Shown here in pieces: positions 31,620 through 39,834 of a stretch of DNA of 64,000 nucleotides. The first letter of the stretch is position 1; each line of letters begins with the position of its first letter. The position numbers were made by a program, and so were the translations under genes. The stretch spans positions 1 through 64,000 of the forward strand of contig BTVY01000005.1 in assembly GCA_045863335.1 (NCBI GenBank), in the 5' to 3' direction. The notes under the pieces were generated by a model. That model did not search any database, was not told the origin of the DNA, and was given only the letters and a program-made list of their open reading frames with translations. The DNA is from Candidatus Hydrogenedentota bacterium. Its GTDB lineage: Bacteria; Hydrogenedentota; Hydrogenedentia; Hydrogenedentales; SLHB01.

Positions 31620-31988
31620 ATGAAATTTCTCTGTCTCATATGCGCGGAGAAGGTGATGGAAGACATGGCGGCAGCCGATGCGGAAAAGCATTTTCAGGAG
31701 TACCTGGAATTCACGAACCGCATCAAGGCCAAAGGCAATTTCGTCAGCGCGAACCGGCTGAAACCTTCCGCAACTGCCAGGACGGTCCGCGTTCGCGAAG
31801 GCAAAGCGATGACGACGGACGGCCCCTTCGCGGAGACGAAGGAACAGGTTGGCGGGTTCTACATCATCGACGCCAAGGACATGGAGGACGCGCTCGCAAT
31901 CGCCGCGCAAATCCCCGGCGCCCGCTTCGGATGCGTGGAAGTTCGGCCCATCGCGGACGACGCGGCGACGCAGGCCTTGGGGTTTTAA
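31620..31988 (+). CDS. YciI/DGPF-family protein
   Basis: TDGPFAETKEQVGGFYII, VEVRP. Confidence 0.93.
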   Translation: MKFLCLICAEKVMEDMAAADAEKHFQEYLEFTNRIKAKGNFVSANRLKPSATARTVRVREGKAMTTDGPFAETKEQVGGFYIIDAKDMEDALAIAAQIPGARFGCVEVRPIADDAATQALGF

Positions 31989-32060
31989 TCGAACGCGCAA
32001 CGAATAAGCCAAAGTCAACGGAACTGCCAATCTGATGATCAAAGAAAGGGAGACAGAACC

Positions 32061-32711
32061 ATGAGAACCACCAGATTGTTTGTATTCACCACTGTCACGG
32101 CAACGGCATTGGTTGTTATCGCCGGCTCGATTGTATTGGCCGCACCTGGAGAGAACAGCTCCGGGAATCAGCCCGCAATCCCGCTACCGCCCGGCTGGAC
32201 GGAAGAAGACCTGCAAGCGTGCATGGTCGCCGGGATGCCCGGCCCCATGCACGAGTTTCTTGCGGAAAGCGTCGGGGAATGGCGCGCGAAAACGACCATG
32301 TGGATGGCGCCCGGAATGGAACCCATGATTAGCGAAGGCGAGTCCACCGTAACAACGATCATGAACGGCCACTACACCCAAGCGGAGATGTCAGGCGAAA
32401 CGCCGGGGATGGGCCCGTACAACGCGCTGGCGATCTATGGATTCGACAACGTGCAACAGAAGTTCGTGGCCATGTGGGTGGACACCATGAGCACGGGCAT
32501 CGGCACCGGTGTTGGTGAGCTTTCGCCGGACGGCAAAACGCTGACCTGGGAGTACACGTACAGTTGTCCAATCACGAAGAAGCCCGCCGTGATGCGGGAG
32601 ATCGAAACCATCACCGGACCGGACACAAAGACCGTCGAATCATTCGCCACGGACCCGAAGACGGGCAAAGAATTCCAGATGATGCGGCTCGAGCTGACAC
32701 GGAACAACTAG
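32061..32711 (+). CDS. DUF1579-family secreted protein
   Basis: PGPMHEFLA..VGEW, GFDNVQQKFVAMWVDTMSTG; signal peptide. Confidence 0.85.
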   Translation: MRTTRLFVFTTVTATALVVIAGSIVLAAPGENSSGNQPAIPLPPGWTEEDLQACMVAGMPGPMHEFLAESVGEWRAKTTMWMAPGMEPMISEGESTVTTIMNGHYTQAEMSGETPGMGPYNALAIYGFDNVQQKFVAMWVDTMSTGIGTGVGELSPDGKTLTWEYTYSCPITKKPAVMREIETITGPDTKTVESFATDPKTGKEFQMMRLELTRNN

Positions 32712-32771
32712 CACCCCGCACGGAACCCGTGACTGTTCCGAGACCGCCTCGAACAAACAAGGACAAACACC

Positions 32772-33503
32772 ATGAACGCAATCCCCCATCCGCCGGTCGT
32801 ATCAAAAGACGAGTGGCTGGCAAAACGTAAAGCGCTACTCCTTCACGAGAAGGAACTCACCAAACACCTCGACGCAGTCAACGCCATGCGGCGCCGTTTA
32901 CCCATGGTGCGGATCGAGAAGGCCTACGAGTTTGAAGGGCCGGACGGCAAGAAATCGTTGGCCGATCTCTTCGACGGACGCCATCAGCTCATCGTCTACC
33001 ACTTCATGTTCGACCCCGAGTGGGATAAAGGCTGCATGGGATGCACCGGGTTCATCGACGCGCAAGGCGATCTGTCGATGTTGCGGCAGCGCGACACGCA
33101 GTTCGTGGCGGTTTCGCGCGCGCCCTATCAAAAACTCGCGGAGTACAAAAAGGATCGCGGCTGGACCATTCCCTGGTACTCATCCTACGGGAGCGATTTT
33201 AATTACGACTTCCACGTCACGTTGGACGAGTCGGTCGCGCCGCCGGAATACAATTTCCGCAGCAAGGAAGAACTGCAGAAACGCAGCGGCGAGGAACCCT
33301 GGTTCATGAAGGGCGAGGCCCACGGACTGAGCGTGTTCTTCAAGGTGAACGGTGATGTGTTCCACACCTACTCCACGTACGCGCGGGGTGTCGAAGGCCT
33401 GACCGATGCGTACAGCCTTCTCGACCGCACGCCGTACGGACGCCAGGAAGACTTCGAAGACTCCCCCGAAGGGTGGCCCCAGAAGCCGACCTACGGCTCT
33501 TGA
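32772..33503 (+). CDS. DUF899 thioredoxin-like protein (second copy)
   Basis: [44 protein letters not shown]. Confidence 0.92.
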   Translation: MNAIPHPPVVSKDEWLAKRKALLLHEKELTKHLDAVNAMRRRLPMVRIEKAYEFEGPDGKKSLADLFDGRHQLIVYHFMFDPEWDKGCMGCTGFIDAQGDLSMLRQRDTQFVAVSRAPYQKLAEYKKDRGWTIPWYSSYGSDFNYDFHVTLDESVAPPEYNFRSKEELQKRSGEEPWFMKGEAHGLSVFFKVNGDVFHTYSTYARGVEGLTDAYSLLDRTPYGRQEDFEDSPEGWPQKPTYGS

Positions 33504-33605
33504 AGTGAAAAGGCGGTAACAGGCAAATAGAACGCCTCTTGTTGTATAAGTTATCAAGTTCACGCGTGCAAGGCTGGAATGACTCGGAACCTGTGGAGAA
33601 CCCCC

Positions 33606-34160
33606 ATGCTTAAAGTACTTCTCGTTGTCGCGGCAGTACTGGTTGTTGCAGTTGTTGTTTTGGCGATCGTGATATCCACGCGCCCCTCGGAGTTCCGCGT
33701 CTCGCGCTCGGCGACAATCGCGGCCCCGCCGTCCATCGTGTTTGCGCAGGTCAACGATTTCCATAAGTGGGAAGCGTGGAACCCCTGGGGCAAGTTGGAC
33801 CCCCACATGACCTCGACCTACGAGGGCCCGGATCAGGGTCCCGGGGCCAAGTACGCATGGGTCGGCGACAAGAACGTTGGCGAAGGGCGCATGACCATCG
33901 AGGAAAGTCAGCCAAACGAGCGCATTCAAATCAGGCTGGAATTTTTGAAACCCATGAAGGCCACCAACACCGCCGAGTTCACGTTCCAGCCCGAAGGCGA
34001 TCGAACCAACGTTACCTGGACCATGCACGGCGAGAACAACTTCATGGGCAAGGCCGTCGGATTGTTCATGGACATGGACAAGATGATCGGCGACAACTTC
34101 GAAAAAGGCCTCGCCGATATGAAAGCCATCGCCGAGTCCGAAACCGGCGCGACCGCATAA
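33606..34160 (+). CDS. SRPBCC/polyketide cyclase-family protein
   Basis: FRVSRSATIAAP, NDFHKWEAWNPW, VGEGRMTI, MDKMIG.NFEKGL. Confidence 0.88.
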   Translation: MLKVLLVVAAVLVVAVVVLAIVISTRPSEFRVSRSATIAAPPSIVFAQVNDFHKWEAWNPWGKLDPHMTSTYEGPDQGPGAKYAWVGDKNVGEGRMTIEESQPNERIQIRLEFLKPMKATNTAEFTFQPEGDRTNVTWTMHGENNFMGKAVGLFMDMDKMIGDNFEKGLADMKAIAESETGATA

Positions 34161-34182
34161 CCGCGTCTACAGGGAGAGAATC

Positions 34183-34689
34183 ATGTCTGTCAACACCGGG
34201 ACGACTATCGAAACCAAAGGCGACGCGCTGACCATTACGCGCGTGCTCGACGCGCCGCGCGAGCGGGTGTGGAATGCGTGGAGCGATCCGAACCTGTTGC
34301 AACAATGGTGGGGTCCGGAACATTTCACGGTGCCAGTCTATGAGAGTGACTTTCGCGAGGGCGGTCAGTACCACTATTGCATGCGCTCGCCGGACGGCCA
34401 GGACTACTGGAGCATCGGCGCCTACCAGGAAATCGTCCCGATGGAACGAATCGTCTATACCGACTCCTTCGCTGATGAAAAGGGCAACCCCGTGTCCGCG
34501 GCGCACTACGGCATGGACGGCAATTGGGCTGAAGAGTTGATCGTCACGTTGACCTTCGAAGATCGCGACGGCAAAACCCGGTTCACGCTGCGCCACACCG
34601 GCCTGCCCGAAGGCCAACACCGCGAAATGTGCGGCATCGGCTGGAACGAATCCTTCGACAAACTCGAAGCCCTGGTGAAGAACAGCTAA
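34183..34689 (+). CDS. SRPBCC/AHSA1-like protein
   Basis: ITRVLDAPRERVWNAW, WWGP, DFREGG, GWNESFDKL. Confidence 0.9.
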   Translation: MSVNTGTTIETKGDALTITRVLDAPRERVWNAWSDPNLLQQWWGPEHFTVPVYESDFREGGQYHYCMRSPDGQDYWSIGAYQEIVPMERIVYTDSFADEKGNPVSAAHYGMDGNWAEELIVTLTFEDRDGKTRFTLRHTGLPEGQHREMCGIGWNESFDKLEALVKNS

Positions 34690-34875
34690 CGGAAGTGGCG
34701 GTCACCTCGCCATGACCATGCGAGCGCTCGGCGCAAAGTGAATGCGAAAGGTTGGCGCGAAGTCCGCTTTCGAGACGAAACGCGAAAGGGGTCCGGCCAA
34801 GAGGTAAGCACAAACCCAAGAACCCGAACGCATCAATGAACCCCTAGAAACACCAACAAATCCGGGTATCCCATT

Positions 34876-34908
34876 CCCCCTTCGAAGGGGGATCAAGGGG
34901 GATGTTCC
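34876..34908. repeat. Solo CCCCCTTCGAAGGGGG hairpin repeat
   Basis: Matches the internal core of MITE family B (CCCCCTTTGAAGGGGGATTTAGGGGGATGTTCC). Confidence 0.6.
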
Positions 34909-34990
34909 GCAAGAGTGGAAGTCAGATTCGGTGCGAACCGAGCGCCATAAAATCGAAACACATCATCAACCGACCTCAAGGAGAACCTAC

Positions 34991-35380
34991 ATGTCATCGG
35001 AGATCGCCCCCGTATCCAAAGCCGCCCGCTGGACCGGCTACATCATGAGCGCGCTGCCCGTGTTGATGCTGCTCATGAGCGCCACCATGAAATTCCTGAA
35101 ACCGCCCGCCGTGCTCGAAGGGTTCGAGCACCTCGGCTACCCCGTCAGTCTCGCATTCCCCCTCGGCATCGTCGAACTGGTTTGCACGATACTCTACGTC
35201 ATCCCCCAGACCTCCGTGCTCGGCGCGATCCTGTTGACCGCCTACCTCGGCGGCGCGACCGCGACCCACGTCCGCGTGGAAGAAGCCTTCTTCATGCCCA
35301 TCGTCCTCGGCATCCTCATCTGGGGCGGACTCTTCCTCCGCGACCCAAGAATCCGCAACCTGATTCCGCTGCGAAAGTAA
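34991..35380 (+). CDS. DoxX-family membrane protein
   Basis: SATMKF, HLGYP, TSVLGAILLTAYLGGATATHVR, LRDPRIR. Confidence 0.9.
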   Translation: MSSEIAPVSKAARWTGYIMSALPVLMLLMSATMKFLKPPAVLEGFEHLGYPVSLAFPLGIVELVCTILYVIPQTSVLGAILLTAYLGGATATHVRVEEAFFMPIVLGILIWGGLFLRDPRIRNLIPLRK

Positions 35381-35422
35381 AAGGAGCATGGGCGTCCCGC
35401 CCGTGTATCTTCAAAAGAGAAT

Positions 35423-35567
35423 CTAGAACCTATCCCAAAACCGGCGGGTATCGTCATTCTGAGCGAAGCGAAGAATCTCTTCGGAGCGAAAGCCAAGTAA
35501 ATTGAGATTCTTCGCTTCACTCAGAATGACGGATCGTACGTGTGAGTAGTTTTGGGATAGCTTCTAG
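35423..35567. mobile_element. 145-bp MITE-like element, family A, with 19-bp terminal inverted repeats
   Basis: CTAGAACCTATCCCAAAAC ... GTTTTGGGATAGCTTCTAG (1 mismatch); internal CGTCATTCTGAGCGAAGCGAAGAATCTC / GAGATTCTTCGCTTCACTCAGAATGACG palindrome. Confidence 0.8.
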
Positions 35568-35705
35568 TGTCCTGAACCCTAAGTTCCTTCTCAAAGATCC
35601 TGTGTGAGGTGTTGCTCAAAGTCCCCCTTTGAAGGGGGATTTAGGGGGATGTTCCCTAAGATACCGGTCCAAAAAATGAAACGAATTTCGAATTCGCTAC
35701 ACTAG
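35564..35705. mobile_element. 142-bp CTAG-bounded MITE-like element, family B copy 2
   Basis: CTAGTGT...ACACTAG ends; shares its left CTAG with the family A element; homologous to 15503-15645. Confidence 0.78.
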
Positions 35706-35717
35706 AGGAGCAAACCC

Positions 35718-36104
35718 ATGCCCACATCCTACAAACCCCACGGTTACAACTCCGCATCCCCCTACCTCGTCGTCGACGGCGCGAGCAGTACCATCGAATT
35801 CCTGAAGACCGCCTTCGACGCCATCGAGATCCAGCGGGTTCCCGGCGAAAACGGCCGCGTCCGGCACGCCGAAGTCCGCATCGACGACACCGTCGTGATG
35901 ATCGCCGACTGCGTCGAAGGCTGGCCCGCCGTCCCCTCGCACGTGCACGTCTACGTCCCCGACGTGGACGCCACCTACCAGCGCGCTCTCGACGCCGGCG
36001 CCACTTCCGTGCAGGAACCCGTCAAAAAAGACGACGCCGACCAACGCGGCGGCATCCAAGACGCCGGCGGCACCACCTGGTGGATCGCCACGAAAGTGGA
36101 GTGA
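35718..36104 (+). CDS. VOC/glyoxalase-family protein
   Basis: SPYLVVDGA, HAEVRIDD, VYVPDVDATYQRAL, DAGGTTWWIAT. Confidence 0.9.
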   Translation: MPTSYKPHGYNSASPYLVVDGASSTIEFLKTAFDAIEIQRVPGENGRVRHAEVRIDDTVVMIADCVEGWPAVPSHVHVYVPDVDATYQRALDAGATSVQEPVKKDDADQRGGIQDAGGTTWWIATKVE

Positions 36105-36244
36105 GTCACGAATCATGAAATAGGGAGCTTCGCCGTACCAACCGCTCAAAACACGAATCTTCAAGGAGCACGGGCTTCCAGCCCGTGTCCGGAACTTCAG
36201 AATTGCTCCATCACCAGCCCCCAACAAGCAACTGGCAAATCGCG

Positions 36245-36426
36245 CGAGGTGCCACGCGACTTCCAGCCCGTGATTCGAGGTGCCATGGGCTTCCAGCCCG
36301 TGATTTCGAGGTGCCATGGGCCTCCAGCCCGTGATTTCGAGGTGCCATGGGTTTCCAGCCCGTGATTTCGAGGTGCCATGGGCTTCCAGCCCGTGATTTC
36401 GAGGTGCCATGGGCTTCCAGCCCATG
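36245..36426. repeat. 31-bp tandem repeat x6 of a REP-like palindrome (CGAGGTGCCATGGGCTTCCAGCCCGTGATTT)
   Basis: Units start at 36245, 36276, 36307, 36338, 36369, 36400 (last partial); no unique spacers; related solo copies near 35386 and 36168. Confidence 0.9.
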
Positions 36427-36460
36427 AGTCTTCGACCACTTCTCCGCAGTTCAAAACCCG

Positions 36461-36699
36461 GCGCTGAAGGCGCCGCGCAACCCTAGCCAGGGGCGAAACC
36501 CCTGGTAACGGGCGTCTCCCGTTGATCGAGCACTGAAAGTGCGAAACTGCGGCTCTGTCCCGCGATTGACGTGCAACGAAATCGAACCCATATCTGGGAA
36601 ATTACCCATCCTTGCGTCGCCCATTCAGGGCTTCGTGTTCGAGCCGAATCCTTCCAGGGGCTTCGCCCCTGGCTAGGGTTGCGTCACACCCGTGGCGTG
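36461..36699. repeat. Inverted pair of triple-hairpin elements
   Basis: CGCAACCCTAGCCAGGGGCGAAACCCCTGG (36476-36505) vs reverse complement of 36654-36683, 29/30 identical. Confidence 0.75.
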
Positions 36700-36783
36700 A
36701 ATCAGGTATCATTCCCGACCTACTGCTGGCATTCTCCGTTGCGCGCTGGCACTATATTCACAGGCTAGCATGGAGCGAGACCC

Positions 36784-37176
36784 ATGAGCAGAGCGCGCAA
36801 CCGCAGACTGATTAGGGTCGCCCTCGTCCTTGGCGTCCTTGGGTTCGCCTACTGGTGCGTCGCGGGCTACACCCTTCCTGTCTACCACTACGAAAGTTCT
36901 GACCGCGGCATGGCCGACCGCGAAATCGCGTGGAAAGGCCGTCACTTTGAACACGTGCAAGCACTCTTTGATAGATACAAAGCAGCCACGGGCAATTCCA
37001 CTGCCACCCTCTGCAGAACCGACACACGAAACTGGTCCGATCCTCACCTCTGGTGGCAAAACCTCACCCACCCCCGCTGGGACCTCCCCTACATCCCGTC
37101 CTCCGAAAACCCCAACTACCACTATTCGACTAACCAACCCGCCAACCTCCAGTCCGCCAGCGCGCACGAGGGCTAA
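36784..37176 (+). CDS. Hypothetical protein with N-terminal TM/signal
   Basis: GGAG SD; basic N-terminus plus hydrophobic helix. Confidence 0.6.
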   Translation: MSRARNRRLIRVALVLGVLGFAYWCVAGYTLPVYHYESSDRGMADREIAWKGRHFEHVQALFDRYKAATGNSTATLCRTDTRNWSDPHLWWQNLTHPRWDLPYIPSSENPNYHYSTNQPANLQSASAHEG

Positions 37177-37295
37177 CGTTTCTCAATCTGTTTTTCGCAG
37201 CCGGATCCCCTGATCGCACAGCCTGGACAGAACCCAACGTGATCTATTAGAGTACATGGTGTGGTGAGATCGAATTAGAGGGAGATGGCAAGACC

Positions 37296-38330
37296 ATGTT
37301 AAATTTCCGGCGATTCCCTACAGTGATCCTGGTTCTCGGGGCCCTACTAGCACCGGGCTGCAAAGAGCGAATTGCCGACAACGCAACGACCGAGATCCCT
37401 GAAATCAACGTCCGCATAGAGGGCCTTTCTTCATCTCCGGACGAAAGCCAGTTGGCGTTCGCAGTCATTCAGGAATCGCCCTACCTCGGAGTCATTTCCG
37501 TAGACACCGCGACGACGCGAACATTCCCGGCACCTGGACAACTAGAAACGTTCTACGGGATAAGTTGGGGACCAAACGGCACATCCCTGGTTGCAACCAT
37601 CATCGAAGAATCATCTGAAGCGTTTCGCATCCAGAAACTCGACTTAAGAAAAGACGAGTGGTCCCCAATAGTCGTACTTGAAGAAGATATTTGTCAGCGG
37701 GCCATCGTGTCGCTTAATGCCGAGCAACTTGTCTTCAGAGCGGCGATCGAAAAGGACCTCTACACTGTCGATTTGACTACGGGAGCGACTGACAAGCTCA
37801 CCGAGTCCGGCGATACGAACCGACTGGGGTACGCGTGGGCGCATGACAGCGCGTCGGTCTACTACTCCCGCAACAACAGCCACGGCGAGCCGGGAATTTG
37901 GCGAATCGACACCGCAACGCGATCGACAAGCCCGGTTGCAGAAGGCATTACATGTCCAGCGCTTGCGTTATCGCGAAACGGAGAGTATCTGGCTTATCAG
38001 GCTGAGGCCCCTGATGGTAGCAGTCGTTTGTTCGTCGCGAATGCCGACGGCTCCAATCCCTATGAAATCTGTGAAGACAGTGGACCCTTCTTTACATGGT
38101 CCCTCGGTCAAGACCGTATCGCTTCGACTTCCGATGGACGACTGGAGATTTGGGACGCAACGAAAGGCGAAGCCGTTCCCGTGGAATTGGCTGGTAACAC
38201 GCGCAAATCACATCCCGCATGGCTTGAAGAAGGCAGGAAGATAGCCGCGGTATGCAACGAGAATGAAATTTGGATCTACGATTTCGACACGAAGACGCAA
38301 CAGAAGGTGTTTGAGATCGAAAAAGAGTGA
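37296..38330 (+). CDS. TolB-like (PD40/WD40) beta-propeller lipoprotein
   Basis: LLAPGC lipobox; repeated SPD/WGPNG/SRNGEYLAY blades; LFVANADGSNP. Confidence 0.8.
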   Translation: MLNFRRFPTVILVLGALLAPGCKERIADNATTEIPEINVRIEGLSSSPDESQLAFAVIQESPYLGVISVDTATTRTFPAPGQLETFYGISWGPNGTSLVATIIEESSEAFRIQKLDLRKDEWSPIVVLEEDICQRAIVSLNAEQLVFRAAIEKDLYTVDLTTGATDKLTESGDTNRLGYAWAHDSASVYYSRNNSHGEPGIWRIDTATRSTSPVAEGITCPALALSRNGEYLAYQAEAPDGSSRLFVANADGSNPYEICEDSGPFFTWSLGQDRIASTSDGRLEIWDATKGEAVPVELAGNTRKSHPAWLEEGRKIAAVCNENEIWIYDFDTKTQQKVFEIEKE

Positions 38331-38480
38331 CACGCGCATCGAGAGTTTTCGCTATCCATTGCGGAGGTGAGTTGCCGTCGCGACGTGCCGCGCGCCCACG
38401 CTCTTTTACCTCTTCTCCGGCGTGGGTACGATGGCTAAAGTTGCGCCTACGACGCCACCGGTCGCCAGGAACGCCGCAAA

Positions 38481-38504
38481 GTAGGTCGGGAATGATTCCC
38501 GACC
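38481..38504. repeat. GTAG-type REP (GTAGGTCGGGAATGATTCCCGACC)
   Basis: Further copies at 36708-36723 (partial), 44929-44952, 60463-60486, 60672-60695. Confidence 0.8.
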
Positions 38505-38637
38505 AGGAAGTGCAAGCGGATCGCGTCTCCTTCCAAACCTGTGGATGGCAGACCAACGCATCCTCAACAAGAAACGGATTTGAAGAGAATCTCCTCGCCC
38601 CTTGCCATAGCAGCAAAACTCGTCTAGACTCCATGGT

Positions 38638-38868
38638 ATGAACACCGCAAACGTAACACGCGACGGCGATCATCAAACCGTCCATTTACCCAAGGACATC
38701 CACCTGCCGACGGGTCCGGTTTCCGTGCGCCGAGAGGGCGACGCGATCATCCTGGAGCCCATGCGCGCTACCGCCTGGCCCGACGGGTTTTTCGACGACA
38801 TCCACATCTCCGACCCCGCCTTCGAACGTCCCGAGCAAGGCCAACTCCCTCCGATAAAAGGCATATAG
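38638..38868 (+). CDS. vapB: VapB/VagC antitoxin (AbrB-like)
   Basis: TANVTRDGDHQTVHLPK..VRREGDAIILEP..W..FF..FERPEQ; upstream of PIN toxin. Confidence 0.85.
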   Translation: MNTANVTRDGDHQTVHLPKDIHLPTGPVSVRREGDAIILEPMRATAWPDGFFDDIHISDPAFERPEQGQLPPIKGI

Positions 38869-38874
38869 CAATAC

Positions 38875-39270
38875 GTGGCATATCTGCTCGACACCGACAT
38901 CTGCATCGATGTTCTCCGGCGACGGTCGGGAATCGCCGATCGTCTTCGTCAGCTTCCGCCCAGCGAATGCGCCGTCTCCATGGTTACGGTGTATGAGTTG
39001 TTTTGCGGTTTGGCCAAGGCCCAAGACCCCGATAGGGAGCGTCAGAAAGTTCAGTTCTTCGTCACGACCGTAAGCGAGTTACCTTTCGACCGGGCCGCCG
39101 CCGAATCGGCCGCACGAATCCGTGCGAACTTGGAGCGCGACGGGGCTGTGATTGGACCTTACGACCTGCTCATCGCCGGACACGCCATGGCGACTGGCTT
39201 AACGCTCGTCACCAAGAATGTCCGCGAGTTCCAACGCGTGGATGGACTCAACGTGGAATCCTGGACCTGA
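38875..39270 (+). CDS. vapC: VapC PIN-domain toxin
   Basis: YLLDTDIC, TVYEL, IGPYDLLIAGHA, LVTKNVREFQRVDGL. Confidence 0.93.
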   Translation: MAYLLDTDICIDVLRRRSGIADRLRQLPPSECAVSMVTVYELFCGLAKAQDPDRERQKVQFFVTTVSELPFDRAAAESAARIRANLERDGAVIGPYDLLIAGHAMATGLTLVTKNVREFQRVDGLNVESWT

Positions 39271-39403
39271 TTTCGATTTCAGCTAGGCAACCAAGCCCGA
39301 TAAACGCGAGCGCAATGTTCGAGCGTTTTCGCATCATCGCGCTCGACAAGCACGGATCGTCGTGCCCGTCTCTACAATGGGCGCTTGTAAGGATGCGGGG
39401 ACA

Positions 39404-39784
39404 ATGGAATCATACGAACAGCGCTGGGGCCACCCGGCAGACTTTGTCGTCCGGTATTGGCTCTATGCTCCGGATGAAGGGGGCCGCAGAATCACCTACC
39501 AACACCTCCGTTGTGATTTCCTGTATGACGGTGACGATCCGCATATCCAAGGGGTATATGCGATACACCCAGAGTTTCTTGATGACAACGGAAACCCTTT
39601 CGAATAGAGCGTGCCAATCCCAATTCAGGGTTTGGCGTCCATGTTCATAGTTAATCCAGAGTTACGCGAACAAATTCACCGGAGACGGATTCGGGTCGGC
39701 ACGCGCGGACAGTTCATGGAAGGCGCAACACCAATCGGCGAAGTCGTCGTCGAACGGATTATCGGACTCCAAGAGAATCCTTAA
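39404..39784 (+). pseudogene. 126-codon hypothetical gene interrupted by an in-frame TAG at 39605-39607
   Basis: Frame continues 58 sense codons past the TAG (SVPIPIQGLASMFIVNPELREQIHRRRIRVGTRGQFMEG...IIGLQENP) to TAA. Confidence 0.6.
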
Positions 39785-39834
39785 CCCCGCGTTGACAAAC
39801 CTTACGATGCCGAGGCATCCAGTCCGAAAACCAA

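Noticed and set aside
36245-36426. CRISPR array
   Set aside because: Units are directly tandem with no unique spacers, and there are no cas genes in the window.
35697-36454. Repetitive minus-strand ORFs (GWKPMAPRNHGLE...)
   Set aside because: Translations of the 31-bp DNA repeat.
39605-39607. Genome-wide amber recoding
   Set aside because: TAG terminates many intact genes in this window (e.g. fliC3, lptG, MATE).
37170-39800. Integron cassette array (GGCTAAC and CCTTAAC at gene ends)
   Set aside because: No matching GTTRRRY ends or full attC palindromes were seen and there is no intI; at most decayed remnants.
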